In this document: positions 61,779 to 64,000 of the stretch, one piece after another
Layout: each line of letters begins with the position of its first letter
Numbering within the stretch: the stretch's first letter is position 1
NCBI GenBank assembly: GCA_963822585.1
Contig: CAWGIE010000008.1
Coordinates: 1 to 64,000, forward strand
Origin: an uncultured bacterium
GTDB lineage: Bacteria; Auribacterota; Erginobacteria; Erginobacterales; Erginobacteraceae
Direction of reading: 5' to 3'
Length of the DNA stretch: 64,000 bases
Program-made: the position numbers and the translations under genes
Notes under the pieces: model-generated
Database searches by the model: none
Told to the model about the DNA's origin: nothing
What the model saw: only the letters and a program-made list of their open reading frames with translations

Positions 61779-62533
61779 AGGCGGTTCCGGACGGCCCCCC
61801 AGTTCCCCGCCCGGGGACGACTATTGTTGGCGCATTAAAGATGGTGAACTCCCATCCCGCTCTGATCGCCGGCTGGCTGTTTATATCCCTCTTCGGTCTG
61901 GCTTTTAGTCAGATTCTTAATCTCATCGAGGTATCACCCTGGCTGAAGATCCCCCTTCTGTTCTGCTGGTGGCTGCTGTATTTTTTCTTCTTTGCCGGTT
62001 TTATGGGTAGTTTTGATATTATGCTGAACCTGGGAAGTTGGAATCCCCTGGCGGTTCTGGAGAGCGGGAAGCATTATTTCTGGCGTTTTGTCCGGGTCGG
62101 CATAGTGGAAGGTATTATCGTACTGATCCCGGTGGCCCTGGGGGTGGTATTGGTTTTGTTGCTCGCATCGGGAAACAGACCTGTCTATTTTTCGGTGGTC
62201 ATAATGAGCGGCTTGGCCGGCATCGTGATTGTCTTCTTCCTTATTTTCGCCTATGCGGGCGTGGTGGTTGAGGAGGCCAATGCCGTCGCGGCCGTCTTTT
62301 ACAGCTGCCGGGTTGTAAGAACGTATCCTCTTCAGACCCTGTCTCTTCTGGTGATATTTTCAGGGTTCCCCGTGTTGTTCTCATTACTGACCAGGGGATT
62401 ACAGGTATCTAGTGCGCCTCTCGCGATATTGATACTGAATAATCTGTTCGCCGCCTACGGGGGACTGCTCCTGATGGCGGGACTGGTTTACTTCTCCGTG
62501 GCTTTGAAGAGAATCGGCGTCTCGGGAAAGTAA
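61775..62533 (+). CDS. Hypothetical polytopic membrane protein
   Basis: About six hydrophobic segments; start overlaps the upstream stop. Confidence 0.75.
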   Translation: MKAVPDGPPVPRPGTTIVGALKMVNSHPALIAGWLFISLFGLAFSQILNLIEVSPWLKIPLLFCWWLLYFFFFAGFMGSFDIMLNLGSWNPLAVLESGKHYFWRFVRVGIVEGIIVLIPVALGVVLVLLLASGNRPVYFSVVIMSGLAGIVIVFFLIFAYAGVVVEEANAVAAVFYSCRVVRTYPLQTLSLLVIFSGFPVLFSLLTRGLQVSSAPLAILILNNLFAAYGGLLLMAGLVYFSVALKRIGVSGK

Positions 62534-62563
62534 ACATTGATTATCCGGAGTACGGAGATGATA

Positions 62564-62592
62564 CGGCCCCGGCGACTGGATCGCCGGGGCCG
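62564..62592. terminator. GC-rich hairpin between convergent genes
   Basis: cggccccggcga-ctgga-tcgccggggccg; no clear U-tract. Confidence 0.5.
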
Positions 62593-62642
62593 GCGCAGAC
62601 CACGAAGTAAGTTCACCTCGCCGCCGGGAGGCGGAGAAGAAG

Positions 62643-62972
62643 CTATTTCATTTTTTCCAGGGCCTCTTTCTCACCGGCATAAATATTAAAGAGGGGGGTG
62701 AAGCCGGCTGTTTCGAAGACTTCTTTGACGTAGGGCTTTAACGAACAGAGAGATATGTTTCCTTTGATCTTCTTGAGCGCCTTGGCGGTGGCAAGGAGTA
62801 CCCGCAGCCCGGCGGATGATATATACTCGGTATTCGAAAAATCGCAGAGAATCTTTTCGGTTCCGGATTTAATGGTTTGATTCAGGTCCGCTTCCACTTC
62901 CTTGGCGGAATAAGCGTCAAACCGCGGAACCATCGACACTACCAGGATCCCGTCGCATTTTTTTGTTTCCAT
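62643..62972 (-). CDS. STAS-domain anti-sigma-factor antagonist
   Basis: DFSNTEYISSAGLRVLL; AGGAGG RBS. Confidence 0.93.
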   Translation of the reverse strand: METKKCDGILVVSMVPRFDAYSAKEVEADLNQTIKSGTEKILCDFSNTEYISSAGLRVLLATAKALKKIKGNISLCSLKPYVKEVFETAGFTPLFNIYAGEKEALEKMK

Positions 62973-63087
62973 GATAAGCCTCCTTAACCCGATGTATTGA
63001 TAAGATGTTTTAAGTTAGTTTGAAGGGAACTCATATAGTAATATAGAATGTCGGAATTAATAAAGATATTTTTTCGGGAGACTGGCT

Positions 63088-63774
63088 ATGAAAAAACGGC
63101 AGGCCGCTGACCATGCCGGCCACCGGCAGCGTCTCAGGGATCGGTTTCAAAAGACGGGTCTGCAAGGATTCCACGACTATGAAATCGTGGAGTTCCTTCT
63201 GACTCTCGGACAGCCGCAAAAAGACCTCAAGCCGCAGGCCAAGGACGCGATCAGGAAATTCGGTTCACTGAAAGGGGTATTGAACGCCTTACCCGAACAG
63301 CTGCAGGAGATTAAAGGCCTGGGCCCGAAGAACATTTTCGGCCTTCGGCTGGCCCGGGAGATAGCTTCGCTTTATCTGAGGGAGAAGGCGCGGGAGAAAC
63401 CCCTGGCCGGTTCCCCCCGGGCGGTCTATAATTTTCTTCGGCAGGCTCTGGGAGGGCTGCCGAACGAGGTATTCCAGGTTATCTTCCTCAATAACGCCAA
63501 TAAAATCATCGAGGCCGAGCAGCTCTTCCAGGGCACCGTCGACCGTTCGGCGATTCATCCCCGGGAAGTCATCAAGGCCGCTTTAAAAAATAACGCCACC
63601 CGGGTTATTTTCGCCCACAACCATCCGGGAGGGAGTCTTCGTCCCAGCGCCGAAGATAATGAGATCACCGCCCGCTTGAAGGCTGCCTGCGGCGCTGTCG
63701 GGATCGATGTCCTCGATCATATTATCGTGACCGGAGACGGCTATTTCAGCATGGCGGAACATGGACTGATCTAA
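63088..63774 (+). CDS. radC: RadC (JAB/MPN domain) protein
   Basis: GHRQRLR, HhH (IKGLGP), HPREV, HNHPGG...PSAED, VLDHII. Confidence 0.95.
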   Translation: MKKRQAADHAGHRQRLRDRFQKTGLQGFHDYEIVEFLLTLGQPQKDLKPQAKDAIRKFGSLKGVLNALPEQLQEIKGLGPKNIFGLRLAREIASLYLREKAREKPLAGSPRAVYNFLRQALGGLPNEVFQVIFLNNANKIIEAEQLFQGTVDRSAIHPREVIKAALKNNATRVIFAHNHPGGSLRPSAEDNEITARLKAACGAVGIDVLDHIIVTGDGYFSMAEHGLI

Positions 63775-63835
63775 AGTGCGGACGATGATGGTTGATTGGA
63801 ATCATGGGGGATGCAAAAGATACAGGTTAACTAAA

Positions 63836-63940
63836 ATGGAGTGTTGGAGTATTGGAATGATGGAGTGATGGGGAACCGGGGAAGCACGCCCGGCTCCCGG
63901 CGCCCATTATTCCACCACTCCATCACTCCAGTACTCCATT
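63836..63940. repeat. Family 2 inverted octamer element
   Basis: atggagtgttggagtattggaatgatggagtgatgg ... ccattattccaccactccatcactccagtactccatt. Confidence 0.88.
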
Positions 63941-64000
63941 CATACATGTGTAACCGGTCTGATAAATTTTTAAACGTGAGATAATCTGATGATCATTAAA

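Noticed and set aside
63088..63774. radC as a marker of a mobile island
   Set aside because: Full-length HhH+JAB form with no integrase or other mobile genes nearby in the window

Overview
Bacterial chromosomal window, GC-rich in coding DNA and AT-richer between genes. No rRNA, tRNA, CRISPR array or transposase is visible. The protein families are compatible with a Gram-negative, possibly PVC-related uncultured lineage (inference only). Housekeeping content: a TetR-TolC-MFP-RND efflux operon (RND gene runs off the left edge and is absent from the ORF track), a K+ channel, pyk, an M50 protease, recJ, tatD, an MFS transporter, a phosphohexomutase, uvrA, exbB/exbD, dnaE, HU/IHF, hisS-aspS, lemA, a PAS hybrid kinase, VanZ, STAS and radC. 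Most unusual elements: (1) two tandem full-length paralogues (38314-41356) with archaeo-eukaryotic primase (AEP) catalytic motifs fused to a PriL-like four-Cys C-terminal domain, about 2.5 kb from a solo Cas4/AddB-like nuclease; (2) about 20 intergenic elements built from short tandem 7-9 bp units, mostly as inverted arms, in at least six unrelated unit families, several supplying stop codons to adjacent genes; (3) an orphan peptide with six [FY]-x-C motifs that resembles a RiPP precursor; (4) three secreted proteins sharing a C-terminal FG-GAP-like repeat domain next to a TMTC-like glycosyltransferase; (5) an apparent secretin-N/holin-like fusion; (6) two MITE-like families. The 20.9-23.0 kb stretch looks like a poorly resolved tandem array. 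All assignments come from reading motifs by eye; no searches were run.
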